64,000 nt of DNA from Alphaproteobacteria bacterium (GTDB lineage Bacteria; Pseudomonadota; Alphaproteobacteria; Bin95). A program made the position numbers and the translations under genes. The notes under the pieces were generated by a model. It saw only the letters and a list, made by a program, of their open reading frames with translations, was not told the origin of the DNA and ran no database searches. Positions 40,527-50,601 of this stretch are shown in pieces. The stretch covers positions 704,001-768,000 of the forward strand of contig OZ219788.1 of the NCBI GenBank assembly GCA_964291285.2, in the 5' to 3' direction. Position 1 is the stretch's first letter; every line of letters begins with the position of its first letter.

Positions 40527-40730
40527 CTATACGAACGATATCGCGACGATGGTGAAAACCAGCGCAGCCGCAATGATGTAGATCGCCTTCCGGACCGCCT
40601 TGAACTCCTGCAGGAAGTCCAGCCTCATCTCCTGCGACAGGGCAAGATCCTCATTCTGGCGGCGATTGAAGTACACCATCGCTTCCTCAATGCGATCGAG
40701 GCGTTGCTCGGTGGTGGGGTCTTCGGCCAT
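40527..40730 (-). CDS. Small coiled-coil protein with C-terminal TM helix
   Basis: RBS AGAGGGA; EQRLDRIE...; hydrophobic tail AIYIIAAALVFTIVAISFV. Confidence 0.6.
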   Translation of the reverse strand: MAEDPTTEQRLDRIEEAMVYFNRRQNEDLALSQEMRLDFLQEFKAVRKAIYIIAAALVFTIVAISFV

Positions 40731-40916
40731 TCGTCATCCCTCTGCATGTTGGGGCTGGACGAAGATTGTTCTGATACACCCGGCACGATCCGGGAGCCCC
40801 GGAAGCATTTGAACGACAGAGTCTGACACATGCCGAGGGCAGGAGTCGAGGAGGCCCGCCGGTATGGAAACGCTGGTGGTGAGGTCCGGCGCTATCGTCG
40901 ACGCAGTGCTCCCGCA

Positions 40917-42089
40917 TCAGGGCAGGCGGTATTTCTCGACGACTTCCTCATTGAGGGTAATACCGAGGCCCGGGCGGTCCTCCATCTCCAGACAGCCGTC
41001 CTCGAAGGACCTGATGGGCAGGTCGCACAACTCCGAGCGCAGCGGGTTGGGCTCGTCGCGGTTCCAGTCGCTCTGCATGTATTCGTAGATCAGGAAATTG
41101 GGCGCGTATGTCGCGAGATGCAGCGACACCGTCATGATGATGTTGGATGAGCTGCCGGTATGCGGGGCGTACAGCACCCGGAAGGCGGACGCCATGTCGG
41201 CGATCTTCCGCGCCTCGGTGATGCCGCCGGCCCTCGCCGCGTCGTGCTGCACGATGTCTATGGCGTCGCGCCTGAAGAAGCGGGCGAAGCTGAAGCGGTT
41301 GAAGTCCGCTTCCCCGGTCGCGATGCGGATGCCGAGCCTTTCCCGCAGGAAGGCGTAGCCGTCGATGTCGTCCGGCGCCAGCGGCTCCTCGAACCAGTAG
41401 AGGCCAAGGGCTTCGAGCGCCTGGCCTACCTGGAGCGCGGTCTTGCGGTCGTGCCCGTAGCCGCAATTCGCGTCCGCCATGAGCGTGATGCCGTCGCCGG
41501 CATGGTCCCTGATCTGCTCGACGGTGCGGATTTCGCGCCGCCAGTCCATCGGGTCCCTGCCGATCTTGATCTTCATGGCGTTGAAGCCGCTGTCCTTGTG
41601 CGCGTCGATCTCCTCGCGGAGGATGCCGATGTCGCGCAGCCTGAGCGACGAGGCGTAGGCCCAGAGCTTCGGATTGGTCCTGCCGCCGAGCAGCCGCCAT
41701 ACCGGGACCCCTGCCGACTTGCCCCAGATGTCCCAGAGCGCCGTGTCGATGCCCGCCATGGCCTCCAGGTAGAACCCCTTCTGGTGGCCCCGGTTCATCA
41801 TCACGGACCAGAGCAGGTCCCAGAGATATTCGACGTCGCGCGGGTCCTTGCCGACCAGCAGCGGGGCGACATAGCTGACGATATCCCTGAGCGCCGTCCC
41901 CGACAGCCGCGTCATGCACTCGCCGACGCCCTCAATGCCGTTGTCCGTGCGGATACGGACGATGACCGAGCGGTATTCCCGGAAAACGACCCCGGCAACC
42001 TCACCGGCCCGCGGCATACTGATCGGAGCCGCGATCGGCGTCTTCATCGGAACGGCAAGCGCGACGGCCTCGACTTCCGCGATCTTCAT
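40917..42089 (-). CDS. Mandelate racemase / muconate lactonizing enzyme family
   Basis: DTALWDIWGK, KIKIG, MADAN, WFEEP, ATGE, GGITE. Confidence 0.93.
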   Translation of the reverse strand: MKIAEVEAVALAVPMKTPIAAPISMPRAGEVAGVVFREYRSVIVRIRTDNGIEGVGECMTRLSGTALRDIVSYVAPLLVGKDPRDVEYLWDLLWSVMMNRGHQKGFYLEAMAGIDTALWDIWGKSAGVPVWRLLGGRTNPKLWAYASSLRLRDIGILREEIDAHKDSGFNAMKIKIGRDPMDWRREIRTVEQIRDHAGDGITLMADANCGYGHDRKTALQVGQALEALGLYWFEEPLAPDDIDGYAFLRERLGIRIATGEADFNRFSFARFFRRDAIDIVQHDAARAGGITEARKIADMASAFRVLYAPHTGSSSNIIMTVSLHLATYAPNFLIYEYMQSDWNRDEPNPLRSELCDLPIRSFEDGCLEMEDRPGLGITLNEEVVEKYRLP

Positions 42090-42139
42090 CGCCGTCTCCT
42101 TCCGGCGTCTTCGTCGCCCCCGGCGGGGAAGGTCTTCGT

Positions 42140-43006
42140 CTAGAGGCCGAAATCCTCCGGCTTCCCGTGCGCATGGGCGAACGCCCGGTAGAGCTCCCGG
42201 GCCCGCCGCGCGACCGGTCCGGGCTGGTAGTCGCGGTCCTCGATACGGCTTGCGGGGACCACCTTCGGCGCATTGCCGGTCGCGAAGACCTCATCGGCCT
42301 CCATCAGCTCGTCCAGTTCGACGGTCCGTTCGGCGACCTCGTGGCCGTCCTTGCGCAACAGCCCGATCATCCGCTGGCGGGTGATGCCGTTGAGGAAGGT
42401 GCCGTTGTCGGCGGGCGTGGCGACCTTGCCGTCGCGGACCATGAACAGGTTGGCGGTCGCGAATTCGGCCACCTTGTCGTCGGGGTCGAGCACCACGGCG
42501 GTCGAGAAGCCGCGCTGCCGCGCCTTGCGGATCATCCGCTGCACGTTCGGATAGAGGCACGACGCCTTGGCGTCCGTCGGCGCCATGGAGGGGCGCGGCC
42601 GGCGTTCTTCGGCAACGGCCGCGGTTACGGTCTCGTCGGGCGCGGGCAGCGGCAATTCGAACAGAGTGAGCATGAAGCGCGTCGAGTCCGCCTCCGGCTC
42701 CACGAAACCGTCATCGGCCCAGAACAGCGGGCGGATATAGAGCTCCGTCCCCTCCGGGAAGCGCCGCACGCCCTCGACGGCGAGCCTGGCGATCTCCCCG
42801 GCCTCGATCTTCGGGGCGAGGCCGAGCGCGCGCGCTGAGTCGATGGCGCGCCGGGCGTGGCGGTCAAGGTCCGGCATGACGCCCTCGAAGGCACGCGCGC
42901 CGTCGAAGGCGACCGAAGCCATCCAGGCCCCGTGCGTCATCGGCCCGAATACCGGCGGGTTGCCGGCGTGCCAGACCCCGTCGAGCCAGGTTTGCGGCTC
43001 CATCAC
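42140..43006 (-). CDS. Class IV aminotransferase (branched-chain type)
   Basis: FDGARAF, LYIRP, AKASCLY, EFATANLF, FLNGITRQ. Confidence 0.9.
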   Translation of the reverse strand: MMEPQTWLDGVWHAGNPPVFGPMTHGAWMASVAFDGARAFEGVMPDLDRHARRAIDSARALGLAPKIEAGEIARLAVEGVRRFPEGTELYIRPLFWADDGFVEPEADSTRFMLTLFELPLPAPDETVTAAVAEERRPRPSMAPTDAKASCLYPNVQRMIRKARQRGFSTAVVLDPDDKVAEFATANLFMVRDGKVATPADNGTFLNGITRQRMIGLLRKDGHEVAERTVELDELMEADEVFATGNAPKVVPASRIEDRDYQPGPVARRARELYRAFAHAHGKPEDFGL

Positions 43007-43782
43007 TCGTTCCGCCAGACGGGCGGGCGCTTTTCGGCGAACGCCTTCGGGCCCTCGATATAATCGGCGCTGCCGATCAGCACATGCTGCTCCTCATAGG
43101 TGCGCGCAATGGCCGTCTGCAGGGTTGCCTCGTTCATGCCGGCATAGACCGCCTCCTTGGAAGCGCGAATCGAGATCGGCGCGCATTCCAGGATCTGTTC
43201 GGCCCAGCGCCGGGCGCCCGCCACGGCCTCGCCTTCGGGCACGACCTCGTTGACGAAGCCGAGCTCCCTGCCTTCCTCCGCGCCGACGCGCCGCCCGGTC
43301 AGGATCATGCCGAGCGCCCGCTTCTGGCCGATGATCCGGGGCAGGCGGTGGACGCCGCCGGCGCCCGCCATGAGGCCGACGCGCGGCTCCGGCAGGGCGA
43401 AGACCGCGTTTTCGGCCGCAATAATCAGGTCGCAGGCGAGCGCGGTCTCGAAGCCGCCACCCATCGCGAAGCCGTTGACGGCGGCGATGACGGGCTTGTT
43501 GAGGTCGTAGCGGTCGGTGAGGCCGGCAAAGCCGGTCGGGCAGCGCTTGCGCACATTGCCCTCGGCCTGGAAGCGCAGGTCGTTGCCGGCGCAGAACGCC
43601 TTGTCGCCGGCGCCGGTGACGATGGCCACCCAGAGCTCGGGGTCGGCGTCGAACTCGTCCCAGACCTCCGCAAGCTCGAAATGCGCCGGCCAGTGCAGCG
43701 CGTTGTAGCGCTCGGGGCGGTTCAGGGTGACGATCAGCAGGCGCCCGTCGCGCTCGACGGTGCAGTATTCGCGCTCGGCCAT
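43003..43782 (-). CDS. Enoyl-CoA hydratase (CaiD-like)
   Basis: AFCAGNDL, AAVNGFAMGGGFE, FALPEPRVG. Confidence 0.93.
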   Translation of the reverse strand: MAEREYCTVERDGRLLIVTLNRPERYNALHWPAHFELAEVWDEFDADPELWVAIVTGAGDKAFCAGNDLRFQAEGNVRKRCPTGFAGLTDRYDLNKPVIAAVNGFAMGGGFETALACDLIIAAENAVFALPEPRVGLMAGAGGVHRLPRIIGQKRALGMILTGRRVGAEEGRELGFVNEVVPEGEAVAGARRWAEQILECAPISIRASKEAVYAGMNEATLQTAIARTYEEQHVLIGSADYIEGPKAFAEKRPPVWRNE

Positions 43783-43835
43783 GGGGGCCCTCCCTCGAAG
43801 TCGGAGAGATTATAGCCCCCGCCGCCGCCCTGTCG

Positions 43836-45098
43836 TCACCGCCGGGGCGGCGTGATGCGGATGGTCGCAATCTGCTGGCGGTTGCGGCGCAGCACCTCGA
43901 AGCGGAAGCCGTGGACGTCGAAGGCCTGGCCGGGCGTGGGAATGCGCCGCGACTCGCGCAGCAGCAGGCCGGCGAGAGTCGTGGCGTCCTGGTCCGGCAA
44001 GGTCCACTCGAACTCGCGGTTGAGGTCCCGGATGGTCACCCCGCCGCTGCAGATATAGGAGCCGTCGGGCTGGGCGCGTACGCCCGGCACCGCGACATCG
44101 TGCTCGTCCGCGATGTCGCCGACGATCTCCTCCAGGATGTCCTCCAGCGTCACCAGCCCCATCAGCGCGCCGTATTCGTCCACGACGAGGGCGAAATGCT
44201 CCCGCCGGCGCCGGAAGGCGTGCAGCTGGTCGAGCAGGGTGGTCTGCTCCGGGATGAACCAGGGCTTCGCCGCAAGCGCGGCCGCATCGAGGCCCGCCGC
44301 ACCCGTTTCGTGCAGGGCCCGCAGGACGGCCTTGGCGTGCAGCACGCCGACGATGTTGTCCGGGTCGTCGCGCCAGAGCGGCAGGCGCGTATAGGGGCTG
44401 GCCAGCACCTGGGCCACGACCTCCTCCGGCGGAAGCGAGAGGTCCACGATCGTCATGTTGCTCCGGTGCGTCATCACTTCGCCGACGGAAACATCGCCGA
44501 GGTCCAGCACGCTGCGCAGCATCCGCCGTTCGTCGCGGATTTCCTCGCCCTCGCCGCGGTGCAGCTCGATTGCGCCCCGGAGCTCCTCCTCATGCTCCTC
44601 GGACCCGGCCACCGGCGTCTCCGCAATGCCGAACAGGCGCAGGACACTGCGCACGACCCACTGGATCGCACGCGCCGGCGGCCCGGCCACCCGGACCAGA
44701 AGGGCGATCCACGGCGCGACTGCGGGCGCCACCTGGTCGGCGCGGTTGAAGGCGTAGGTCTTGGGCAGCACCTCGGCGAAGACCAGGATCAGCAGCGTCA
44801 TCGCTGCGGTCGCATAGGCGACCCCGGCTTCTCCGAACAGGCCGATCAGGAGGCTTGTCGCAAGCGACGCTGCGAGAATGTTGACCAGGTTGTTGCCGAG
44901 CAGGATTGCCGCAATCAGCCCTTCCCGGTCGGCGCGAAGCCGGCGCACGGCGGCGGCTCCGGCATCGCCCCGCCGTGCACGGTGGTGCATGCGCGCGCTG
45001 CTGACGGCCGTCAGCGCCGTCTCGGACCCGGAGAAGAACGCCGAGAGCACCAGCAGCGCCAGTATGGCGCCGACGATGATCCAGAATTCCAGCGTCAT
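43836..45098 (-). CDS. HlyC/CorC (CNNM) family transporter
   Basis: [25 protein letters not shown] pair, [17 protein letters not shown]. Confidence 0.93.
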   Translation of the reverse strand: MTLEFWIIVGAILALLVLSAFFSGSETALTAVSSARMHHRARRGDAGAAAVRRLRADREGLIAAILLGNNLVNILAASLATSLLIGLFGEAGVAYATAAMTLLILVFAEVLPKTYAFNRADQVAPAVAPWIALLVRVAGPPARAIQWVVRSVLRLFGIAETPVAGSEEHEEELRGAIELHRGEGEEIRDERRMLRSVLDLGDVSVGEVMTHRSNMTIVDLSLPPEEVVAQVLASPYTRLPLWRDDPDNIVGVLHAKAVLRALHETGAAGLDAAALAAKPWFIPEQTTLLDQLHAFRRRREHFALVVDEYGALMGLVTLEDILEEIVGDIADEHDVAVPGVRAQPDGSYICSGGVTIRDLNREFEWTLPDQDATTLAGLLLRESRRIPTPGQAFDVHGFRFEVLRRNRQQIATIRITPPRR

Positions 45099-46210
45099 GC
45101 CGCCAGCGCCTCGTCGAGCAGGGCGGCAAGTTTCTCTTCCTCCACATCGCGGTGGACGAAGGCGCGGCCGATGCCGCGGGCCAGCACCAGAACGATGCGG
45201 CCGGCTTCCGCCTTCTTGTCGCGGCGCATCCGCTCGACCAGTGCGTCCCGGCGCGCCTGCGAGGCATTGGCGCCCGGCGGGTCCACGGGCAGGTCCGCAC
45301 CGGCGAGATGCGCCCGCATACGGGCAAGGTCCTCCGCCGGGCAGAGCCCCAGCCGCACGGACATCCGGAAGGCGAGCGCCATGCCCAGCGAAACCGCCTC
45401 GCCATGCAGCAGCGCATCGCCGAAACCGGCCTCCGCCTCGAAGGCATGCCCGAAAGTATGGCCCAGATTGAGCAGGGCGCGGCGTCCGGCCTCGCGCTCG
45501 TCCGCGGCCACGACATCGGCCTTCGCCTCGCAGCTTGCGGCGATGGCGTGGGCGAGTGCGTCGTCTTCGCGCGCCAGCACCCGCGCGCCGTTCTCCTCCA
45601 GCCAGCGGAAGAAGTCCGGCCGGTCGATCAGGCCGTATTTCGCGACTTCCGCATAGCCGGCCCGGAGTTCACGGTCGGGCAGGGTGGCGAGCGAGGTCGT
45701 ATCCGCGAGCACGAGGCGCGGCTGGTGGAAGGCTCCGACCAGATTCTTGCCCTGCGGCGTGTCGATGGCCGTCTTGCCGCCGACGGCGCTGTCCACCTGG
45801 GCAAGCAGGGTCGTGGGAATCTGCACATAGTCTATGCCGCGCAACAGGATCGCGGCCGCGAAGCCTGCAAGGTCTCCCACCACGCCGCCGCCGAGCGCCA
45901 GGATGCAGCCGCCCCGGTCGAGCCCTGCATCCAGCAGCCGGTTCAACAGGTCTTCCAGGTGGCGGAAGGACTTTGTCGCCTCGCCGGGCGGCAGCACGAC
46001 GGGCGCAAACGCGATGCCCGCGGCGTCAAGGCCGGCCGCCAGCCGCGGAAGATGATGCGCGGCGACATTCCCGTCCGTGACGACCGCGACGCGGCGGCGC
46101 TTGAGCACCGGCAGCAGCCAGTCGCCCGCGCGCTCCATCAGCCCGGGTCCGGCCAGAATGTCGTAGCTGCGCTCGCCGAGGTCGACCTGGATCTTCCGTA
46201 GCGGATTCAT
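45095..46210 (-). CDS. aroB: 3-dehydroquinate synthase
   Basis: [39 protein letters not shown]. Confidence 0.96.
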   Translation of the reverse strand: MNPLRKIQVDLGERSYDILAGPGLMERAGDWLLPVLKRRRVAVVTDGNVAAHHLPRLAAGLDAAGIAFAPVVLPPGEATKSFRHLEDLLNRLLDAGLDRGGCILALGGGVVGDLAGFAAAILLRGIDYVQIPTTLLAQVDSAVGGKTAIDTPQGKNLVGAFHQPRLVLADTTSLATLPDRELRAGYAEVAKYGLIDRPDFFRWLEENGARVLAREDDALAHAIAASCEAKADVVAADEREAGRRALLNLGHTFGHAFEAEAGFGDALLHGEAVSLGMALAFRMSVRLGLCPAEDLARMRAHLAGADLPVDPPGANASQARRDALVERMRRDKKAEAGRIVLVLARGIGRAFVHRDVEEEKLAALLDEALAA

Positions 46211-46758
46211 CGGCTGCTCTCCGCGCGCCCGTCGGCCAGATAGCCTGCGCCGCGCAATGCGTCCTCCACGAGCGCAACGGTCTCCTCGGCCGGACCCGCC
46301 TGGCTCATCACGGTGAGCTCGGCGAGCCCGTAAACCGGGTAGCGTTGCTCGATGAGTTCGGCAAGGGTGCGCTGCGGGTCCGCAGTCTTGAGCATCGGGC
46401 GGTTGGAGCGCCGGGACACGCGCTCCCAGAGCACGTCGAAATCCGCCTTCAGCCAGACCGAAACCGCGTTCTCCGCGATGACAGCGCGCGTGGAGGGGTT
46501 CTGGAAGGCGCCGCCGCCGGTGGCCAGCACATGCGCCGGGCCGCTCAGCAGCCGGGCGATCACCTTGCGCTCGCCTTCGCGAAAGGCGGCCTCGCCCTGC
46601 GTTTCGAAAATATCCTCGATGGAGCAGCCGGCCCCCTCCTGGATTTCGTTGTCGGCATCGATGAAGGCGAGGCCCTGGCGTTGGGCCAGCAGCCGGCCGA
46701 CCTTGGTCTTGCCGGCGCCCATCATGCCGATCAGTGCGACGGTTCTGGTCAGACTCAT
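46207..46758 (-). CDS. aroK: Shikimate kinase
   Basis: [24 protein letters not shown]; start uncertain by a few codons. Confidence 0.95.
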   Translation of the reverse strand: MSLTRTVALIGMMGAGKTKVGRLLAQRQGLAFIDADNEIQEGAGCSIEDIFETQGEAAFREGERKVIARLLSGPAHVLATGGGAFQNPSTRAVIAENAVSVWLKADFDVLWERVSRRSNRPMLKTADPQRTLAELIEQRYPVYGLAELTVMSQAGPAEETVALVEDALRGAGYLADGRAESSR

Positions 46759-46906
46759 GGACGGCATTCCCGGGATATGGGCGCTTGCGGCGGAAAGCAA
46801 AGCCTTGCTTTTGCCGCATTCGCGCCTTTGAACGGTTTTCGCTAGAATCGCATTATCGGGAATGAGCGCCGGACCGCCACCCCGGAGGCGAAAGCGAGGA
46901 AGGGTT

Positions 46907-47056
46907 ATGGACGCTCGGAGACTGTTCCTGAACCTGCTGTTCGGGTTTGTGGGCGCGGCGGTCGTGGCGGCGCTGCTCTATTTCGGACTCGTGGACTCGC
47001 TCCCGCCGGAAACGACGGTGGAGAAGGTGTTGCCGGATGACCGTTTCCCTCGCTAG
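46907..47056 (+). CDS. Small membrane protein
   Basis: RBS GAGGAAGG, TM helix, VEKVLPDDRFPR; typical position upstream of xerD in alphaproteobacteria. Confidence 0.7.
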   Translation: MDARRLFLNLLFGFVGAAVVAALLYFGLVDSLPPETTVEKVLPDDRFPR

Positions 47057-48743
47057 GGCGCTGGTCTGCGGGCTCGCCGCCGGTTTCATGGCCGCAACCG
47101 CCGCAGCCGAGGACAGGCGCGCGCCGATCCGGCTCATTCCGGCTGACCTTCCACGCGCAGCCGAAACGAAAGAGGAACCGGCAGCACAATTGCAGCAGCA
47201 GGAAACACAGGCCGCGCAGGGGCCGACGGTCCTGGTTGCGCTGGCCAAACCGAGCGATCCCGATTCGGCCGGGCTGCCGGGTTTCGAGGGCGGATTCGGT
47301 CTGCCGCTCTGGCGGGGCAGTTCGAGGGTGGCGGTTGCCCGGCTGCTCGAGGGCTTGCCGCAGGCCGTCGCTTCGCCTTCGCTCAGGGATGTGCTGTTCC
47401 GGGTTCTGGCGGCCGGCGCGGCACCGCCCGAGGGCGAGGGGCCGCGGCTGGCGCCCTTGCGGGTCCGGCTGTTCCAGACTCTCGGCCGTGACCGGGAAGC
47501 GGCGTTGCTTGCCGAGGCGGCGGGGCTCGAGACGCCACCCCCTTCGGCCGGCTCCGCGGCTGTCGATCCCGCCCTGGCGTCGGGCGATCTCGAGGCAGCC
47601 TGCGAAGCGGCGAATGCGGAGATGGTGCGCGCGCCTTCGGCCTATGTGCAGCGCGCAGCGGCATTCTGCGCCGCCAGGGCCGGGGAGGCGGACCGCGCGC
47701 ACCTAATCCTCGACATCCTTCGCGAGATCGATGCAGGCGGAGACCCGTTGTTCGATGGACTGATGCTGCGCGCGCTGGCCGCGGCCAGGGAGAACGCGCC
47801 GCCATTACCGGATGACGGCCCGGTTACCGCGCTCAATGTGGCAATGCTGTCATGGCTCGGCGAGGCGCCGCCGGAAGTCTGGAAGCTGCGCAGCGACCCG
47901 GCAGCGGCACGCCTGCGGGCGAGGCTGGCCCAGACGGAGGCGGAAGCCGAACAGGCCGCCAGGGACGGCCTCCTGGAGCCCAGGGCGCTGCTGGCCTCGT
48001 ATCTCCGCGGCGCCGAAACCGAAAACTCCCGCGCCCGGCTCGCGCAGGCGGCGATGGCGGCGACGGACCCGCAGCAGAGGATGCAGGCGTTGGCGCCGCT
48101 CTGGCAGGACGCGCTTGCAGCGGGGCTGCTGGTGCCCGTGGCGGGCGCGACCATCGAACTCGCGGCCGATATCGTTCCATCGCCGGAACTGGCGCCGCAT
48201 ACCTCGATCGCCGTATTTGCCGCGCTCGCGGTGGGCCGCTTCGACATTGCGGAGCGGTGGTATGTTGCCGCAGTGGAGCGAGGCGCCGAGAGCGAAACGG
48301 ACAACAATCGCGCGATGCTTGCCTGGGCGCCGATGAAGCTTGCCGATACCGGGGACAGAATGTCCTGGGCCGAGGACGGATTGCAGCGCTGGCTCGAAGC
48401 AGGCGGCGATGAACCTCCCTATTCGCGCGCCGCCATGCTGTTCGCGCTGATGGAAGCGGTAGGCGAGCCGGTCCGCCAGCAGGACTGGACGATCCTGCTG
48501 ACGGACCTCCAGCGCGTAGCCGGTGAATTCCCGGCTCCGGTCGTCTGGCGGGGGCTCGACGCGGCAGGCAAGGGCGGGCGGATCGGCGAGGCCGTTCTTT
48601 ACGCCGTCATCGCGTCAGGCGGCCGGGCCCGGGGCGACATGCCGACCGCCGTTGCCGTGGTCCGGGCACTCGCGGCCGTAGGACTGGCGGCGGAGGCGCG
48701 GGCCTATGCGTTCGAGTGCCTTGTCGAGGCCGCGGCGCTGTGA
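47037..48743 (+). CDS. Secreted Ala-rich hypothetical protein
   Basis: Signal peptide, GFGLPLWRGS, GEAVL near the C-terminus; coupled to xerD. Confidence 0.75.
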   Translation: MTVSLARALVCGLAAGFMAATAAAEDRRAPIRLIPADLPRAAETKEEPAAQLQQQETQAAQGPTVLVALAKPSDPDSAGLPGFEGGFGLPLWRGSSRVAVARLLEGLPQAVASPSLRDVLFRVLAAGAAPPEGEGPRLAPLRVRLFQTLGRDREAALLAEAAGLETPPPSAGSAAVDPALASGDLEAACEAANAEMVRAPSAYVQRAAAFCAARAGEADRAHLILDILREIDAGGDPLFDGLMLRALAAARENAPPLPDDGPVTALNVAMLSWLGEAPPEVWKLRSDPAAARLRARLAQTEAEAEQAARDGLLEPRALLASYLRGAETENSRARLAQAAMAATDPQQRMQALAPLWQDALAAGLLVPVAGATIELAADIVPSPELAPHTSIAVFAALAVGRFDIAERWYVAAVERGAESETDNNRAMLAWAPMKLADTGDRMSWAEDGLQRWLEAGGDEPPYSRAAMLFALMEAVGEPVRQQDWTILLTDLQRVAGEFPAPVVWRGLDAAGKGGRIGEAVLYAVIASGGRARGDMPTAVAVVRALAAVGLAAEARAYAFECLVEAAAL

Positions 48744-49642
48744 GCATCAGCGCTCTCAACGCCTTCCTCGAGGCGCTGGTGGTCGAACGGGGAGCGGCGG
48801 CCAACACCGTTGCCGCATATCGCCGCGACCTCGAAGACGCGGAAGCGTCGCTCGGCACCGGCCTGGAAGAGGCCGGGGAAGCGGACCTGCGCCGCTATCT
48901 TGCCAATCTGCTGAAAACGGGACTGTCGCCCCGGACGGTTTCGCGGCGGCGCTCGGCGCTGCGCCAGTTTTTCCTGTTCTGCGCGGCGGAGGGTTACCGG
49001 GAGGACAATCCGGCCGACCGGCTCGATGCGCCCAGGACCGGCCGGCCGTTGCCGCGCCATCTCGGAGTCGAGGAGGTGGGCAGGCTGATCGAAGCCATCG
49101 AGAGCCAGGACGGCCCTGCGCAACTCAGGCTCTATTGCATCGTGGAGCTGCTCTACGGCGCGGGCCTGCGCGTGTCGGAACTTGTCGGCCTCGCCCTGTC
49201 GGATGTGCCGCCCGGACGCGTCTGGCTGACCGTGCGGGGCAAGGGCGGGCGCGAACGGGTCGTGCCCCTGGGCCGCCCGGCGCGCGCCGCCATCGATGCC
49301 TGGACCAAGGTCCGCCCGCATTATGTCGGCGGGAGCCGGCAGTCGCGCTGGCTGTTCCCGTCCGCCAGCAAGGAGGGCCATCTGACGCGGCGGCGCATCG
49401 GCCAGCTGCTGGACGGGCTGGCGGTTCGCGCGGGACTGGACCGGCGCCGGGTATCCCCGCATGTCATGCGCCATGCCTTCGCGTCGCACCTGCTGCAGGG
49501 CGGGGCCGACCTGCGCAGCCTCCAGCAATTGCTCGGCCACGCCGACATCGCGACGACGCAGATCTATACCCATGTCGTGGACGACCAGTTGCGTCGTGCG
49601 GTCTTCAACCATCATCCGCTGGCAGCGAGGAATGACTCCTGA
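48740..49642 (+). CDS. xerD: Tyrosine recombinase XerD
   Basis: ERGAAANTVAAY, GLRVSEL, GKGGRER, SPHVMRHAFASHLL, LLGHADIATTQIYTH; synteny with accA. Confidence 0.93.
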   Translation: MSISALNAFLEALVVERGAAANTVAAYRRDLEDAEASLGTGLEEAGEADLRRYLANLLKTGLSPRTVSRRRSALRQFFLFCAAEGYREDNPADRLDAPRTGRPLPRHLGVEEVGRLIEAIESQDGPAQLRLYCIVELLYGAGLRVSELVGLALSDVPPGRVWLTVRGKGGRERVVPLGRPARAAIDAWTKVRPHYVGGSRQSRWLFPSASKEGHLTRRRIGQLLDGLAVRAGLDRRRVSPHVMRHAFASHLLQGGADLRSLQQLLGHADIATTQIYTHVVDDQLRRAVFNHHPLAARNDS

Positions 49643-50592
49643 TGCTGGTGCCCCTGGAGTTCGAACGCCCGGTCCTTGAGCTCGAAGCCAAGATCGACGA
49701 GTTGAACCAACTGACCGGAAACGACGACATCAATATCGCCGAGGAAATCGCGGAGCTGCGTTCCAAGGCCGAAAAACTCCTGGTCCAGACCTATTCGAAG
49801 CTGTCGCCCTGGCAGCGGGTGCAGGTGGCGCGCCATCCGGGGCGGCCGCGGCTGACGCATTTCGTGGAAGGGCTGATCGAGGGGTTCCTGCCGCTCTCGG
49901 GCGACCGGGCGTTTCGCGACGATGCGGCCGTCGTCGGCGGCATCGGACGGTTTCGCGGCCGGTCCGTCCTCGTGCTGGGACAGGAGAAGGGCGCCGACCT
50001 CGAATCCCGCCGCCGGCACAATTTCGGCATGGCGCATCCCGAAGGCTACCGCAAGGCGCAGCGCCTGATGCGGCTTGCCGACCGGTTCGATATCCCGGTG
50101 CTGACCTTCGTGGACACGCCCGGGGCCTATCCGGGCGTCGAGGCGGAGGAGCGCGGCCAGGCGGAAGCGATTGCGCGCTGCATCGAGATCGGCCTCGAAT
50201 TGCGGGTTCCCTTCATCGCATCCGTCATCGGCGAGGGCGGCTCCGGCGGGGCGGTGGCGCTGGCCTCCGCGGACCGCGTGCTGATGCTGGAGCATGCGAT
50301 CTATTCGGTGATTTCCCCCGAAGGCTGCGCCTCGATCCTGTGGCGGAGCAGCGAACACGGGCCCGAGGCGGCCGAAGCGCTCAAGCTGACGGCGACGGAC
50401 CTGCTCGGCCTCGGCGTCATCGACCGTGTGATCGGGGAGCCGTTGGGCGGCGCGCACCGCAATCCCGAAGCGGCGATATCTTCTCTCGGCGAGGCCATAG
50501 AAGAGGCGTTCCGGGACCTGGACGGCATAGACGGCAGCGCCCTCCGCCGCACCCGCCGCGAACGCTTCCTCGCGCTTGGTCGGGAGATGTAG
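49642..50592 (+). CDS. accA: Acetyl-CoA carboxylase carboxyltransferase alpha
   Basis: ARHPGRP, NFGMAHPEGYRKA, GEGGSGGA, ISPEGCASILW. Confidence 0.97.
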   Translation: MLVPLEFERPVLELEAKIDELNQLTGNDDINIAEEIAELRSKAEKLLVQTYSKLSPWQRVQVARHPGRPRLTHFVEGLIEGFLPLSGDRAFRDDAAVVGGIGRFRGRSVLVLGQEKGADLESRRRHNFGMAHPEGYRKAQRLMRLADRFDIPVLTFVDTPGAYPGVEAEERGQAEAIARCIEIGLELRVPFIASVIGEGGSGGAVALASADRVLMLEHAIYSVISPEGCASILWRSSEHGPEAAEALKLTATDLLGLGVIDRVIGEPLGGAHRNPEAAISSLGEAIEEAFRDLDGIDGSALRRTRRERFLALGREM

Positions 50593-50601
50593 GCCGGGGC
50601 G

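Noticed and set aside
48740-49642. XerD as a mobile-element integrase
   Set aside because: Conserved chromosomal aroK-xerD-accA context and no arm-binding domain
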